From an uncultured cyanobacterium (GTDB taxonomy: Bacteria; Cyanobacteriota; Cyanobacteriia; Cyanobacteriales; CAWCAG01): DNA of 64,000 nt. Location of the stretch: the NCBI GenBank assembly GCA_963803805.1, contig CAWDOD010000011.1, positions 352,001 to 416,000 of the forward strand, read 5' to 3'. How positions within the stretch are numbered: position 1 is the stretch's first letter; each line of letters starts with the position of its first letter. Shown in pieces: positions 51,806 to 61,502 of the stretch. Made by a program: the position numbers and the translations under genes. The notes under the pieces are model-generated. The model saw only the letters and a program-made list of their open reading frames with translations, was not told the DNA's origin and searched no databases.

Positions 51806-51868
51806 GAAGGAAGCACCGGAGCAAAAGATAGTTTTTAATTTTTAATTTTTAGTTTTTAATTTTCTAAA

Positions 51869-52318
51869 ATGCACCATGCTTCTATTCGTACTGCTAATAT
51901 TCACGGTGCGATCGCCTTTTACGAAAAGTTAGGATTTATTGTTCGAGAGCGTTTTACTACCGGTTATACTCTTGCTTGTTGGTTAGAAGGTTTGGGTGGC
52001 AGAATTGAGTTAATCCAAATTCCTGAACCAAAACCTGCCCCGGATACCTTTAGTGATGAGCATTATGTGGGGTATTACCATCTTTCTTTTGATTTAACGG
52101 AAGTTGTTGAGAGTTTACCCAATTGGCTTGGGGAATTGAAAGCTAGTTTCAACCAAGCAGCAGAGGCAAATCCCGAACAGATTCAACCTTTGAAAGTACT
52201 ATTAGAACCGAATCAACAAATGATCGGCGATCGCATTTACGAAGTTGCCTTTATTGCTGATACTGATGGTTTACCTTTGGAATTTATTCGGGTAATAGGT
52301 TCAATTAATGATGCCTAA
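51869..52318 (+). CDS. VOC (glyoxalase/bleomycin resistance) family protein
   Basis: MHHASIRT..I..AIAFY..LGF, YYHLSF and D.DG..LE. Confidence 0.88.
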   Translation: MHHASIRTANIHGAIAFYEKLGFIVRERFTTGYTLACWLEGLGGRIELIQIPEPKPAPDTFSDEHYVGYYHLSFDLTEVVESLPNWLGELKASFNQAAEANPEQIQPLKVLLEPNQQMIGDRIYEVAFIADTDGLPLEFIRVIGSINDA

Positions 52319-52368
52319 TGGCAACGGCAAGCCGAACAATGTTCAATGTTCAATGTTCAATGTGATTA

Positions 52369-53529
52369 TCACTTTATATAGTTAAGGACTGTCACTAACT
52401 TCTCTAAATGTTCTGGGGTATGGGTTGCCATCAAAGAAAGGCGAATGCGGCTAGTTGGTACTGTGGGAGGACGAATGGCAGGAGCAAAAATACCATTTTC
52501 TTGGAGTTGTTTCGCTACAGCTAAAGCTTGAGTTGCGCTAGCTAATTCTAGGCAGATGATTGGGGAATTTGTAGGTAAGAGAGGAAGTTTTTGGTTTTTA
52601 GTTAAGTTTTCTTTTAATTGGTTGACATTACACCATAATTTATTCCGGCGCTGAAGTTCTACTTGGACAATTTTTATCGCAGCAAGGGCAGCAGCAGTAT
52701 CGGCGGGGGAAAGGGCAGTGGTATAAATCCAGCTAGGGGCGCGGTTTTTGAGAAAATCGATTAAATTAGCTGAACCAGCTACGTATCCTCCTAAACTTCC
52801 CAAGGCTTTGCTTAAAGTGCCAATTTGGATTAGTTCGTGCTTGGTACAGCCAAAATGTTCAACGCAACCTCCACCTCTTGCCCCCATGACTCCTGTGGCG
52901 TGTGCCTCATCTACTAAAACCATGGCATTTTCTGCTTCTGCTAAGGCTAAGATTTCTGGTAGAGGGCATAAATCCCCATCCATACTAAAAACGCCATCAG
53001 TAATAATTAAGCAACGGCGATATTGATGGCGATGTTGTACTAACTTGGTTTTTAATTCAAGCAGATTACAATGTTGATATTCTATTACTTCAGCCCCACT
53101 TAAAAGAGCGCCGTTTTTTAAACTAGAGTGGTTATAACTATCGCTAAGAATTAAATCTCGCTGCCCCACTAAGGCAACTATGGTTCCTAAATTAGCTAAA
53201 TATCCAGAACTAAATACTAAAGCTGCTTCTGTTTGTTTAAGAGAGGCGATCGCCTCTTCTAGTTGTTGATGTAATTGCCGATGCCCACTTAATAGCCGTG
53301 AACCTGTACTACCTGTACCAAATTCCTGGGTTGCTGCTACAGCAGCTTCTATCAGCCTTTGATCTCCTGCTAATCCTAAGTAGTCGTTACTAGCAAAGTT
53401 GATTACTGAATGTCCTTCTAACTTCACTACAGCCCCGGTACAACCTTGGATGGGGCGCACAGTTCGATACCAGTTAGCTTTGTGGATTGTTGAGAGCGAT
53501 CGCTCTATCCAAGAGTAGGCTTTTTTCAT
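52369..53529 (-). CDS. bioF: 8-amino-7-oxononanoate synthase
   Basis: [30 protein letters not shown] and IRPPTVP. Confidence 0.95.
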   Translation of the reverse strand: MKKAYSWIERSLSTIHKANWYRTVRPIQGCTGAVVKLEGHSVINFASNDYLGLAGDQRLIEAAVAATQEFGTGSTGSRLLSGHRQLHQQLEEAIASLKQTEAALVFSSGYLANLGTIVALVGQRDLILSDSYNHSSLKNGALLSGAEVIEYQHCNLLELKTKLVQHRHQYRRCLIITDGVFSMDGDLCPLPEILALAEAENAMVLVDEAHATGVMGARGGGCVEHFGCTKHELIQIGTLSKALGSLGGYVAGSANLIDFLKNRAPSWIYTTALSPADTAAALAAIKIVQVELQRRNKLWCNVNQLKENLTKNQKLPLLPTNSPIICLELASATQALAVAKQLQENGIFAPAIRPPTVPTSRIRLSLMATHTPEHLEKLVTVLNYIK

Positions 53530-53608
53530 CTATAACTTTAGCCATAACATTATTCCCTTAACAGAATAGTAGTTTGTCAATTTTCAATTAACCGGGAAAG
53601 GAAAAAGG

Positions 53609-53632
53609 GAAAGATTGTTTCTTCAATCTTTC
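53609..53632. promoter_or_regulatory. Perfect 9-bp inverted repeat in the bioF/tpsA divergent region
   Basis: GAAAGATTG-tttctt-CAATCTTTC. Function unknown. Confidence 0.35.
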
Positions 53633-53847
53633 TTTATTAAACTTTCTTTATTAAACAGAATCAAGGGAAAGATTTACCCTTTTTTGCCACGAAACGTAGA
53701 GTTAAATTTCAGCGCTCAATTTCTTCAATATTAGAGTTTTAGGATAGGGAAAAGAAATTTTGCTAATTTGCATAAATTTCAATATTTGGCTGCGAAATAA
53801 CTTTTAAGTAAACTTGCTCATCTAAATCTATACAAAATCCAAGAATC

Positions 53848-56800
53848 ATGGCCATCAACCAGAGAATTCCCCTTGCCTCCCTTACCCTACTAGCCTTAAA
53901 CCTTCTTACCTCCACTACCCTAGCCCAATCCATCACCACAACTCCTGATGGCACAGGTACAATTATTCAGCATAACGGCAATACTTATACTATTACAGGT
54001 GGTACACAAGCTGGAGCTAATTTATTCCATTCCTTCGGTGAATTAGGACTTTCATCCCAGGAAATTGCCAACTTTCTCTCCAACCCCAATACCCAAAACA
54101 TTTTTGGCAGAGTTACCGGAGGTAATCCTTCAATTATTCAAGGTTTGTTGCAAGTTACTGGGGGCAATAGTAACTTGTTGTTAATGAATCCTGCTGGTAT
54201 TGTTTTTACCCAAGGGGCAAGTCTTAATGTTCCTGGTAGCTTTACTGCTACTACCGCCGATGCAATTGGCTTTGCCGGAGGCTTTTTTACCGCTACAGGG
54301 GAGGTTAACTATCAAAACCTAACGGGTGCGCCTAATCAATTTGTCTTTGCTGGGGATAACGGTAGTATTATCAATGCTGCCCAACTAGAAGCTAATCAGG
54401 GCAACCTTGCTTTGATCGGTAGCAGTGTTACTAATACTGGAACTTTAAGCACTCCTAACGGCAATATTACCATTACCGCAGTCCCTGACAGTAAGAGTGT
54501 GAGGATTAACCAAGCGGGTATGGTGTTGGGTTTAGAAGTTGCCCCTGCTAATCTTGATAGTGGTATTAAAGGAGTAGATTTACCCCGGTTACTCACAGAT
54601 CCTAGTCTCCAGGATGCTACAGGTATTAGTGTTGATGGTAATGGGGAATTGCGCTTGACTGGTTCCAACATCACTTTAGATGCAGCAGGTAATGTTACTA
54701 TTGCTGGGCAGGTGAAAGGCAATGAAGTTAATCTGGCAGCAGCAGGGGATGTTAATCCGGTGGGTAATCCGGAAACCTTGATTAGTACCAATAACGGGGA
54801 ATACAGCGCCCCTACTGTTACTCGTTTTGCCCAGGATGCAAGTGACCCCAATGCTTACGTTTTCATTGATGCGACTGTTCCTAATTACAGTAAGTTACTG
54901 TTTGGTGGGGAAGCAGGAACAACTACGGTGGTGGTTAATCCTGATGAGAATGGTATTAAGAAGATTACCGAAACCTTAGCCACACCGGGATTGAGTTTAG
55001 TAGATGAGTTGCATATTGTTTCTGAGGGTAGTGAGGGAAATTTTTGGTTGGGGAATGCTTTTGTTAATGGTGATACTATTGGTCAGTATGAAGGTCAAAT
55101 CACCTCTTGGAATCAGGGTTTGAGTGTCAATGCGGATTTGTTGCTTTATGCTTGCTTTGTGGCTTTAGGTACAACTGGTGAGGCTTTGCTTAATACCTTT
55201 GCTGATTATACCGGGGCAGATGTGGCTGGTTCTACTAACCTGACTGGCTTTGGGGGAGATTGGCAGTTAGAGAGGAGTGTAGGGAATATTGAGGCTGATG
55301 CAGCTTTTGAAAGTAATGTTTTGGCTGACTATGGTGATAGTTTGGCGGTATTTACAGCTATTAATGGTGGTGATGCTGGGCTAGGTTCACTGCGGCAGGC
55401 ACTTCTGGATGCTAATGCTGCTGCGGGGGATGATGAGGTTCGCTTTGCCCCTGGGTTGAATAAGGTTACTTTGACATCTGGTCAGTTGTTGATTGATGCA
55501 AGGAATGGAGGTTTTACTATTGATGGGGACTCTGGTGGGGCAAGTAATATAATTGTTGAACGTAGTACAGCAGCAGGAATACCTAATTTTAGTGTTTTCC
55601 AGATTTTGGGAGATGAAGATGTTACCATGGATGCCTTGATAATTCGCAATGGTACTGCTAGTGGCATAGTTGCAAGCAGGGGTAAGCTGACTGTGACAAA
55701 TAGCACAGTTACTAGCAATTCTAATGGTAGAGGGGGCGGCATTAGTAGCGTCGGTGCAGTAACTTTAATTGACAGCACTGTGAGTAACAATATTGGTACT
55801 AGAGGGGGTGGCATTAGCAGTAATAGTGATGGAGTAACCCTCATAAACAGTACAGTTAGTGGTAATGCAGGAACTGGTGGTGGTATTTACAGCAGTGATG
55901 GAGTAATTCTAGATAACAGTACGGTGAGTGGCAACATAGGAGGGACAGGGGCTGGTGGTATTTGGAGTTATAGTTCAGTAACTCTAACCAACAATAGCTC
56001 TGTGACTGGTAATCGTAATGGTGCAATTGGTTTTACAGGTGGCATTCGTACTGGTGGGCTAGGCGGTAGTGGCCCAGTTACTTTGATTGATAGTAGTGTA
56101 AGCGGCAATAACGGTATTGGTATTACTAGTAGTGGGCCGGTTAACCTAACGAACAGTACAGTTAGTAACAATACTTCCCGCGGTAGGAGCGGAGGTATTA
56201 CTAGTAGTGGGCCGGTTAACCTAACGAACAGTACAGTTAGTAACAATACTTCCCGCGGTAGGAGCGGAGGTATTACTAGCAGTAGAATAGTAACTCTTGT
56301 TGACAGTACTGTCAGTGGTAATCAGGGGGGTGAGAGTGGTGCTATTTATAGTTATGGTGGAGTGACTTTAGAGAATAGCACTGTGAATAATAACTTTTCT
56401 ACGGGCGTTGTCCGCAGGGGAAGTATTTGGAGCTATAATGCAGTCATTCTGAACAATAGTACTGTGAATGGCAATATTAGGGGTGGTATTAGTGCTGGTG
56501 CAGTTACTCTGAATAACAGTAGTGTAAGTAATAATTTTGATGAAGGTATCAGCAGTGGTGGTGCAGTTAATGTGACTAATAGTAATGTTAACAATAATCT
56601 TGGCCGTGGTATTAGTAGCAATGGTGAAGTAACCCTAAATAGTAGTAGTGTAAGTAATAATTCTACGAACGCTACAGACGGTGGTGGGATTCGTAGCAAC
56701 GGTACAGTCACGTTGAACAACAGCACAGTGGACGGCAATTCAGTAAGAGGAGGTGGTGGTGGTATTTTCAGCAGGGGTGCTACAGTAACTCTAAACAACA

Positions 56801-58377
56801 GCACTGTGAGTAATAATTCCGCAACAAGTAGCGGCGGTGGTATTAGTAGTGGAGGCGGAGTAACGCTGAACAGTAGTACGGTAAGTGGCAATTCTACAGA
56901 TTTTGGTAGCGGTGGTGGTATTAGTAGTGGCGGTGCAGTTAATTTGACTAACAGCACTGTAAGTGGAAATTTAGCAGGAAATAATGGTGGTGGTGTTGCT
57001 AGTGGAGATGGTGGCACTATTATTAATAGTACTATTACCAACAACACAGCAGACTCTGATAGCAATAACAGAGGTAATGGTGGCGGTATTTATACAAGCT
57101 TGAATAGCACTCTAAACATCAGCAACAGTATCATTGCTGGCAACTTCGATCTTGGGGGTGCTATTAACCCCGACTTTTCCGGCAGAGGTACAATCAACGG
57201 CAATGCTAATAATCTCATCGGCGATCGCACAGGAGCAAATGGTACAATCGGTACAGGTAGCGATAAAACCTTTGCCAATTTAGGCATCACCAATATTAAC
57301 CAAGTCCTTACACCTTTGGGAGATTACGGTGGCCCAACCTTAACCCATGCCCTCGTCCCAGGTAGCCCAGCCCTTGATGCTGGTAACAACGCCAACATTC
57401 CCGGCGGGATAACCACCGATCAACGAGGTGCAACCCGGATCAATAACATCGTTGACATTGGTGCATTTGAATCCCAGGGTTTCACCTTCAACTTAACAGG
57501 TTCTCCCCAAAGCGCCCTTGTTAATACAGCTTTTAGCCAGCCCTTAACTACCCAAGTCTTAGAAAACTTCGCTAACAAACCTATTTCCGGCGTTCCCATC
57601 AGTTTTAATGCCCCGACAACTGGTGCATCAGGCAACTTTGGCAACGGTACAACCGTCCTTACCAACTCCCAAGGTATTGTTGTTAATCCCTTCACTGCTA
57701 ACACTGTTGCTGGAGACTATCAAGTCACTGTGAATGCCAATAGCTTACAGGTAGGCAGTTTTAGTTTAAGCAATATTGGTAATGGCAATTTTCCTACACC
57801 ACAACCTCAGCCTCAACCTCAGCCTCAACCTCAACCATCTTCTATTCCCCAACTACAACCCCAACAACCTCAATCTCAGCAATCTCAGCTTTTTGTGCCA
57901 CCAGAAAGCAACACCCCCCCTGAACCCCAGGAAACTATAACAACTTATGACACAAAAGAAGTACTAGAAACTGCGATCGCCGAAGCTTTCCAAAGCTTAC
58001 TACCTAAAATTGCTGGACGGATGAATGCAGAGGGAGGAACTATTTCTTTTCCCTTAAGGGAGTTAACCGCCAAAATGGACTCTAGAATATCAGTTATAAC
58101 AGCAGAGATTCCCCAAAGCTATCAACAAATTCTACATCATCGCCTAAAACACACTATTAGGAGATATATCGGCAAAGACTATACTGGTTTGGTGGAAGTA
58201 AAGTTAGTCAATGCACCAGAGGGTATAACAGCAATCATAGAAGTGCAACCCTCACCCAAACCAGCCTTTGTCAAAGAAGAGGAAGAGAAAATTTTCTATC
58301 TTTACGAAGATGGGAATCTACGCAAACTTGAACAAGAAGCAACACAAGAATATATTCAGCAACGTTGGACGCAGTAG
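53848..58377 (+). CDS. TpsA / filamentous haemagglutinin-like exoprotein (TPS domain, DUF4347, beta-helix repeats, choice-of-anchor Q, Ig-like, PQ linker, unknown C-terminal domain)
   Basis: Signal peptide; NLFHSF and NPAGI TPS motifs; LHIVSEG...LLLYACFVA...ADVAGS...GDWQLE (DUF4347); xNSTVSGN..GGGI repeats; YGGPT.THAL..GSPALDAG..DQRG..DIGAFE. Confidence 0.9.
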   Translation: MAINQRIPLASLTLLALNLLTSTTLAQSITTTPDGTGTIIQHNGNTYTITGGTQAGANLFHSFGELGLSSQEIANFLSNPNTQNIFGRVTGGNPSIIQGLLQVTGGNSNLLLMNPAGIVFTQGASLNVPGSFTATTADAIGFAGGFFTATGEVNYQNLTGAPNQFVFAGDNGSIINAAQLEANQGNLALIGSSVTNTGTLSTPNGNITITAVPDSKSVRINQAGMVLGLEVAPANLDSGIKGVDLPRLLTDPSLQDATGISVDGNGELRLTGSNITLDAAGNVTIAGQVKGNEVNLAAAGDVNPVGNPETLISTNNGEYSAPTVTRFAQDASDPNAYVFIDATVPNYSKLLFGGEAGTTTVVVNPDENGIKKITETLATPGLSLVDELHIVSEGSEGNFWLGNAFVNGDTIGQYEGQITSWNQGLSVNADLLLYACFVALGTTGEALLNTFADYTGADVAGSTNLTGFGGDWQLERSVGNIEADAAFESNVLADYGDSLAVFTAINGGDAGLGSLRQALLDANAAAGDDEVRFAPGLNKVTLTSGQLLIDARNGGFTIDGDSGGASNIIVERSTAAGIPNFSVFQILGDEDVTMDALIIRNGTASGIVASRGKLTVTNSTVTSNSNGRGGGISSVGAVTLIDSTVSNNIGTRGGGISSNSDGVTLINSTVSGNAGTGGGIYSSDGVILDNSTVSGNIGGTGAGGIWSYSSVTLTNNSSVTGNRNGAIGFTGGIRTGGLGGSGPVTLIDSSVSGNNGIGITSSGPVNLTNSTVSNNTSRGRSGGITSSGPVNLTNSTVSNNTSRGRSGGITSSRIVTLVDSTVSGNQGGESGAIYSYGGVTLENSTVNNNFSTGVVRRGSIWSYNAVILNNSTVNGNIRGGISAGAVTLNNSSVSNNFDEGISSGGAVNVTNSNVNNNLGRGISSNGEVTLNSSSVSNNSTNATDGGGIRSNGTVTLNNSTVDGNSVRGGGGGIFSRGATVTLNNSTVSNNSATSSGGGISSGGGVTLNSSTVSGNSTDFGSGGGISSGGAVNLTNSTVSGNLAGNNGGGVASGDGGTIINSTITNNTADSDSNNRGNGGGIYTSLNSTLNISNSIIAGNFDLGGAINPDFSGRGTINGNANNLIGDRTGANGTIGTGSDKTFANLGITNINQVLTPLGDYGGPTLTHALVPGSPALDAGNNANIPGGITTDQRGATRINNIVDIGAFESQGFTFNLTGSPQSALVNTAFSQPLTTQVLENFANKPISGVPISFNAPTTGASGNFGNGTTVLTNSQGIVVNPFTANTVAGDYQVTVNANSLQVGSFSLSNIGNGNFPTPQPQPQPQPQPQPSSIPQLQPQQPQSQQSQLFVPPESNTPPEPQETITTYDTKEVLETAIAEAFQSLLPKIAGRMNAEGGTISFPLRELTAKMDSRISVITAEIPQSYQQILHHRLKHTIRRYIGKDYTGLVEVKLVNAPEGITAIIEVQPSPKPAFVKEEEEKIFYLYEDGNLRKLEQEATQEYIQQRWTQ
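56119..56279 (+). repeat. Perfect in-frame 75-bp tandem duplication within tpsA
   Basis: Unit starts at 56119, 56194 and (partial) 56269, encoding GITSSGPVNLTNSTVSNNTSRGRSG twice. Confidence 0.95.
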
Positions 58378-58396
58378 GTAATGGGTAATAGGTAAT

Positions 58397-58425
58397 AGGT
58401 AATAAGTAAGACTTGTTTATTACCT
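58397..58425 (+). terminator. Hairpin just after the tpsA stop
   Basis: AGGTAATAA / TTATTACCT 9-bp stem followed by CTTTA. The stem is AT-rich and weak. Confidence 0.35.
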
Positions 58426-58612
58426 CTTTATGTCATTACTTTCTTCTTTCTTATCTGTAAAATAGCCTTTCGCAGAGCAATGAAAACAATACTACTTTCT
58501 TAAGATAAAAAGTTATATGAAATAGAAAAAATAACGCTACAGATAAATTATTTTTGTACCGCTTTTTTTGTTAATCCTTCTTTTAGTTTATCTGTGGGTA
58601 GCATTAGTTTTA

Positions 58613-58741
58613 TTGGGGGACTAGCCCCCCAAACCCCCCAGCAGGGAAACAAGTGTTTCCCTACAACCCTTCCTAACCGCTTCGCTCTTCGTTAGTTGTG
58701 TTTGATTGGCTAATTCTGAGTTGGTCTATCGTCGGAATTAG
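58613..58741 (+). other. GC-rich multi-hairpin element (REP/MITE-like or structured RNA)
   Basis: Stems at 58613-58632, 58643-58662, 58673-58695 and 58710-58741. Confidence 0.5.
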
Positions 58742-58849
58742 ACTTGGTGGTAGGGCGCATTTGGACTTAGGCTCGTTCTTTCCACAGTATTTACTTATTA
58801 CTTATTACTTATTACTTTCCCCAACGTATTACTTTCCCCAACACAACCC

Positions 58850-60550
58850 ATGAAAAAACTAACCCTCTCCCTCACTACCCTCTCTCTACTCCTCACCTTA
58901 AACCCAGCAACCTTAGCCCAACGCCCTGTTCCTAACCCGAATCAAGAAAGATTAGTTCCTCCTACAGAACTTCCTGAACCTCTTGATCAAGATGCACCTA
59001 TCTTAACCCCACAACCAGATACTACAATTCCAGATGTTAGCGATGATGATACTCCCATTCCAGTAGAAGATATTCAAGTTTTAGGAACTAGCATCTTTAC
59101 CGAATCTGACTTTGCATCCTTGACAGAACCTTTGCAAGGTCGCACTGTCACAGTGGCAGACTTGCAACAACTGGTTCAACAAATTAATCAACTCTACCTT
59201 GAAGCTGGCTATCTTAACTCTGTAGCAACTCTCCCTAACCAGGATTTAAGGGACGGTATCATCCAAATTCAGGTTTTTGAAGGGCAACTTAGCAACATTG
59301 AAATTGAAGGATTAGAGCGTACTAATCCTGGTTATGTGCGATCGCGCCTTCAAATCGGTTTAAACGAAAACCAACCCCTACAAATACAAAACCTGGAAAA
59401 CCAATTAAGATTGTTGCAGAGTAATCCCCTCTTTAAAGGAGTTGATGCCTATTTACGCCCCCTCAATGAACCAGGACAAACGGAATTAGTAGTTGAAGTA
59501 GAAGAAGAAAACCTAGTGACTGGCAACCTCTTTGTAGATAATTACTCACCTCCTAGTGTCGGCAGTGTCCGCTACGGGGCAAACGTCGCTTTTAATAGTC
59601 TTACCGGTTGGGGTGATGTATTGCGAATTGGTCACTACCGCACCACCACAGGAGGTTCCCGCATCGGTAGCTTTAGTTATACTTTGCCAGTTAACCCAAT
59701 GGAAGGAACCGTCAACTTGAATATCGTCCTTGACCGCAACGAAATTACCCAAGAACCCTTTGATCAGTTTGATATTACCGGAAAGTCGGAGTTATACGAA
59801 ATCAGCTTTCGTCAGCCTGTTATTCGCACCCCCAGAGAGGAGTTAGCCTTCTCAGTAGGCTTTAGTTACAAAGACGGACAAACCTTCGTTTTTGACCAAC
59901 CAACACCCTTTGGTATTGGTCCAGAAGGTAATGGAGTTAGTAAAGTTAGTGTATTGCGCTTGGGACAGGATTACGTAGCGCGGGATTTTTCTGGGGCTTG
60001 GGCATTGCGATCGCAGTTTAACATCGGTTTAGATGTTTTCGATGCTACCACCAATGAAAGTCCTACTCCCGACAGTCGCTTCTTCAGTTGGTTAGGACAG
60101 GTGCAAAGGGTACAGCAATTAAATGATGATAACTTGCTGATTGCCCAATTTGATGTCCAGTTAAGCGCCGATAGCCTCCTACCCTCAGAAGAGTTTACCA
60201 TTGGCGGAGGTCAATCTGTAAGGGGCTATCGTTCTAATGTTCGTTCTGGCGATAATGGGCTGCGTTTTAGTTTAGAAAACCGTTGGACAGTTTTTAAAAA
60301 CTCTGAAAGTGAACCAAAGCTACAACTGATTCCCTTTGTAGATTTAGGTTGGGTCTGGAACCAATCCGGCAATCCCAATACTCTACCTCCCCAAAGTTTT
60401 CTGGCTAGCATCGGTACAGGAATTTTGTGGTTGCCTCAAAAGGACTTGTCAGTGCGCCTAGACTACGGCTATCCTCTGATAAACTTGGACGACAGGGGAA
60501 CAGATGCGACAGATGATGGGCTTTATTTTAGCATAGGTTATCGCTTCTAG
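58850..60550 (+). CDS. TpsB / ShlB-FhaC-HecB outer-membrane transporter
   Basis: Signal peptide, POTRA (YLEAGYLNS), IGGGQSVRGY and C-terminal YRF. Confidence 0.94.
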   Translation: MKKLTLSLTTLSLLLTLNPATLAQRPVPNPNQERLVPPTELPEPLDQDAPILTPQPDTTIPDVSDDDTPIPVEDIQVLGTSIFTESDFASLTEPLQGRTVTVADLQQLVQQINQLYLEAGYLNSVATLPNQDLRDGIIQIQVFEGQLSNIEIEGLERTNPGYVRSRLQIGLNENQPLQIQNLENQLRLLQSNPLFKGVDAYLRPLNEPGQTELVVEVEEENLVTGNLFVDNYSPPSVGSVRYGANVAFNSLTGWGDVLRIGHYRTTTGGSRIGSFSYTLPVNPMEGTVNLNIVLDRNEITQEPFDQFDITGKSELYEISFRQPVIRTPREELAFSVGFSYKDGQTFVFDQPTPFGIGPEGNGVSKVSVLRLGQDYVARDFSGAWALRSQFNIGLDVFDATTNESPTPDSRFFSWLGQVQRVQQLNDDNLLIAQFDVQLSADSLLPSEEFTIGGGQSVRGYRSNVRSGDNGLRFSLENRWTVFKNSESEPKLQLIPFVDLGWVWNQSGNPNTLPPQSFLASIGTGILWLPQKDLSVRLDYGYPLINLDDRGTDATDDGLYFSIGYRF

Positions 60551-60580
60551 TAGGGAAGTAGGAAAGTAATAATAAAACTA

Positions 60581-61306
60581 TTAACAACTAGCAATTAGCA
60601 ATTCTGCTAAACCTAAATATTCAATACCCTCTGGGGTTACATTAAAGCGACAAGGTAGCACTTCCATTCCAGCCGCGATCGCTTGGCGCAATAATTTACC
60701 GTATTTAGGATCAACTGTATCTCCAGGAGAAAAAGTTGTACAGTCGCTGCGATTAATAAAATAAAGAATAACTGAACGATGTTCTGGTAGTAAAGAGGTT
60801 AATTCTCGTAGATGTTTTTGTCCCCTTGTGGTGACGGTATCAGGAAACATCGCCAATGTTTTATCTGCCCAGGTAGTATTTTTAACTTCTAAATAAATTG
60901 CTTTTTGCTGATCTTCTCCTGTTAAAAGAAAGTCAACTCGGCTTTTTTCTTTACCATAAGCAACTTCGGTACGAATCTTGTCGTATTGTTTAGCTAAACT
61001 AGGGAATAATTTCTGTTCTAAAGCTAATTTAATCACTCGGTTGGGCAGGGCTGTATTTATGCCTACCCAGGTGGGTTCGTTATCTTCAACTTGAATTAAT
61101 TCCCAAGTATAAGCTAACTTTCGCTTCGGGTTATTACTACGAGATACTTGTACCTTGCTTCCTGGGGTACATAAACCTGTCATAGGGCCGGTGTTGGCGC
61201 AATGGGCGGTAATAACTTCTCCTGTAGCTAATTCAATATCAGCAAGAAAGCGTTTGTAGCGGCGGAGTAGGACACCAGGAAGTAAGGGAGGATATTGGTA
61301 AAGCAA
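60581..61306 (-). CDS. sfsA: Sugar fermentation stimulation protein / nuclease SfsA
   Basis: RRYKRFLAD, AHCANTGPM, SRVDF, EVKN and FPDTVTTRGQKHLREL. Confidence 0.95.
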   Translation of the reverse strand: MLYQYPPLLPGVLLRRYKRFLADIELATGEVITAHCANTGPMTGLCTPGSKVQVSRSNNPKRKLAYTWELIQVEDNEPTWVGINTALPNRVIKLALEQKLFPSLAKQYDKIRTEVAYGKEKSRVDFLLTGEDQQKAIYLEVKNTTWADKTLAMFPDTVTTRGQKHLRELTSLLPEHRSVILYFINRSDCTTFSPGDTVDPKYGKLLRQAIAAGMEVLPCRFNVTPEGIEYLGLAELLIASC

Positions 61307-61502
61307 GTTATTGGAGATGAGGAATTGTATAACGAGTTGTATTTAACCATATAATCAAAATCTTTGATATTTTATTCCTGCTAAGCACTTACACAGAATT
61401 ATTTACATACTCTCGTTTGCTGTTCAAACATCTATGGCAAAAGCGACAGCATCTAGCTTAAACTTACTAAAGATGAGAAGGCTAACGCCTATGAATGTTT
61501 AA

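Noticed and set aside
56119..56279. Possible CRISPR-like repeat
   Set aside because: The units are directly adjacent with no spacers, are in frame within a CDS, and no cas genes are present.
54396..57704. Several long Leu/Pro/Val-rich minus-strand ORFs
   Set aside because: They are antisense shadows of the repetitive Ser/Gly/Asn codons of tpsA.
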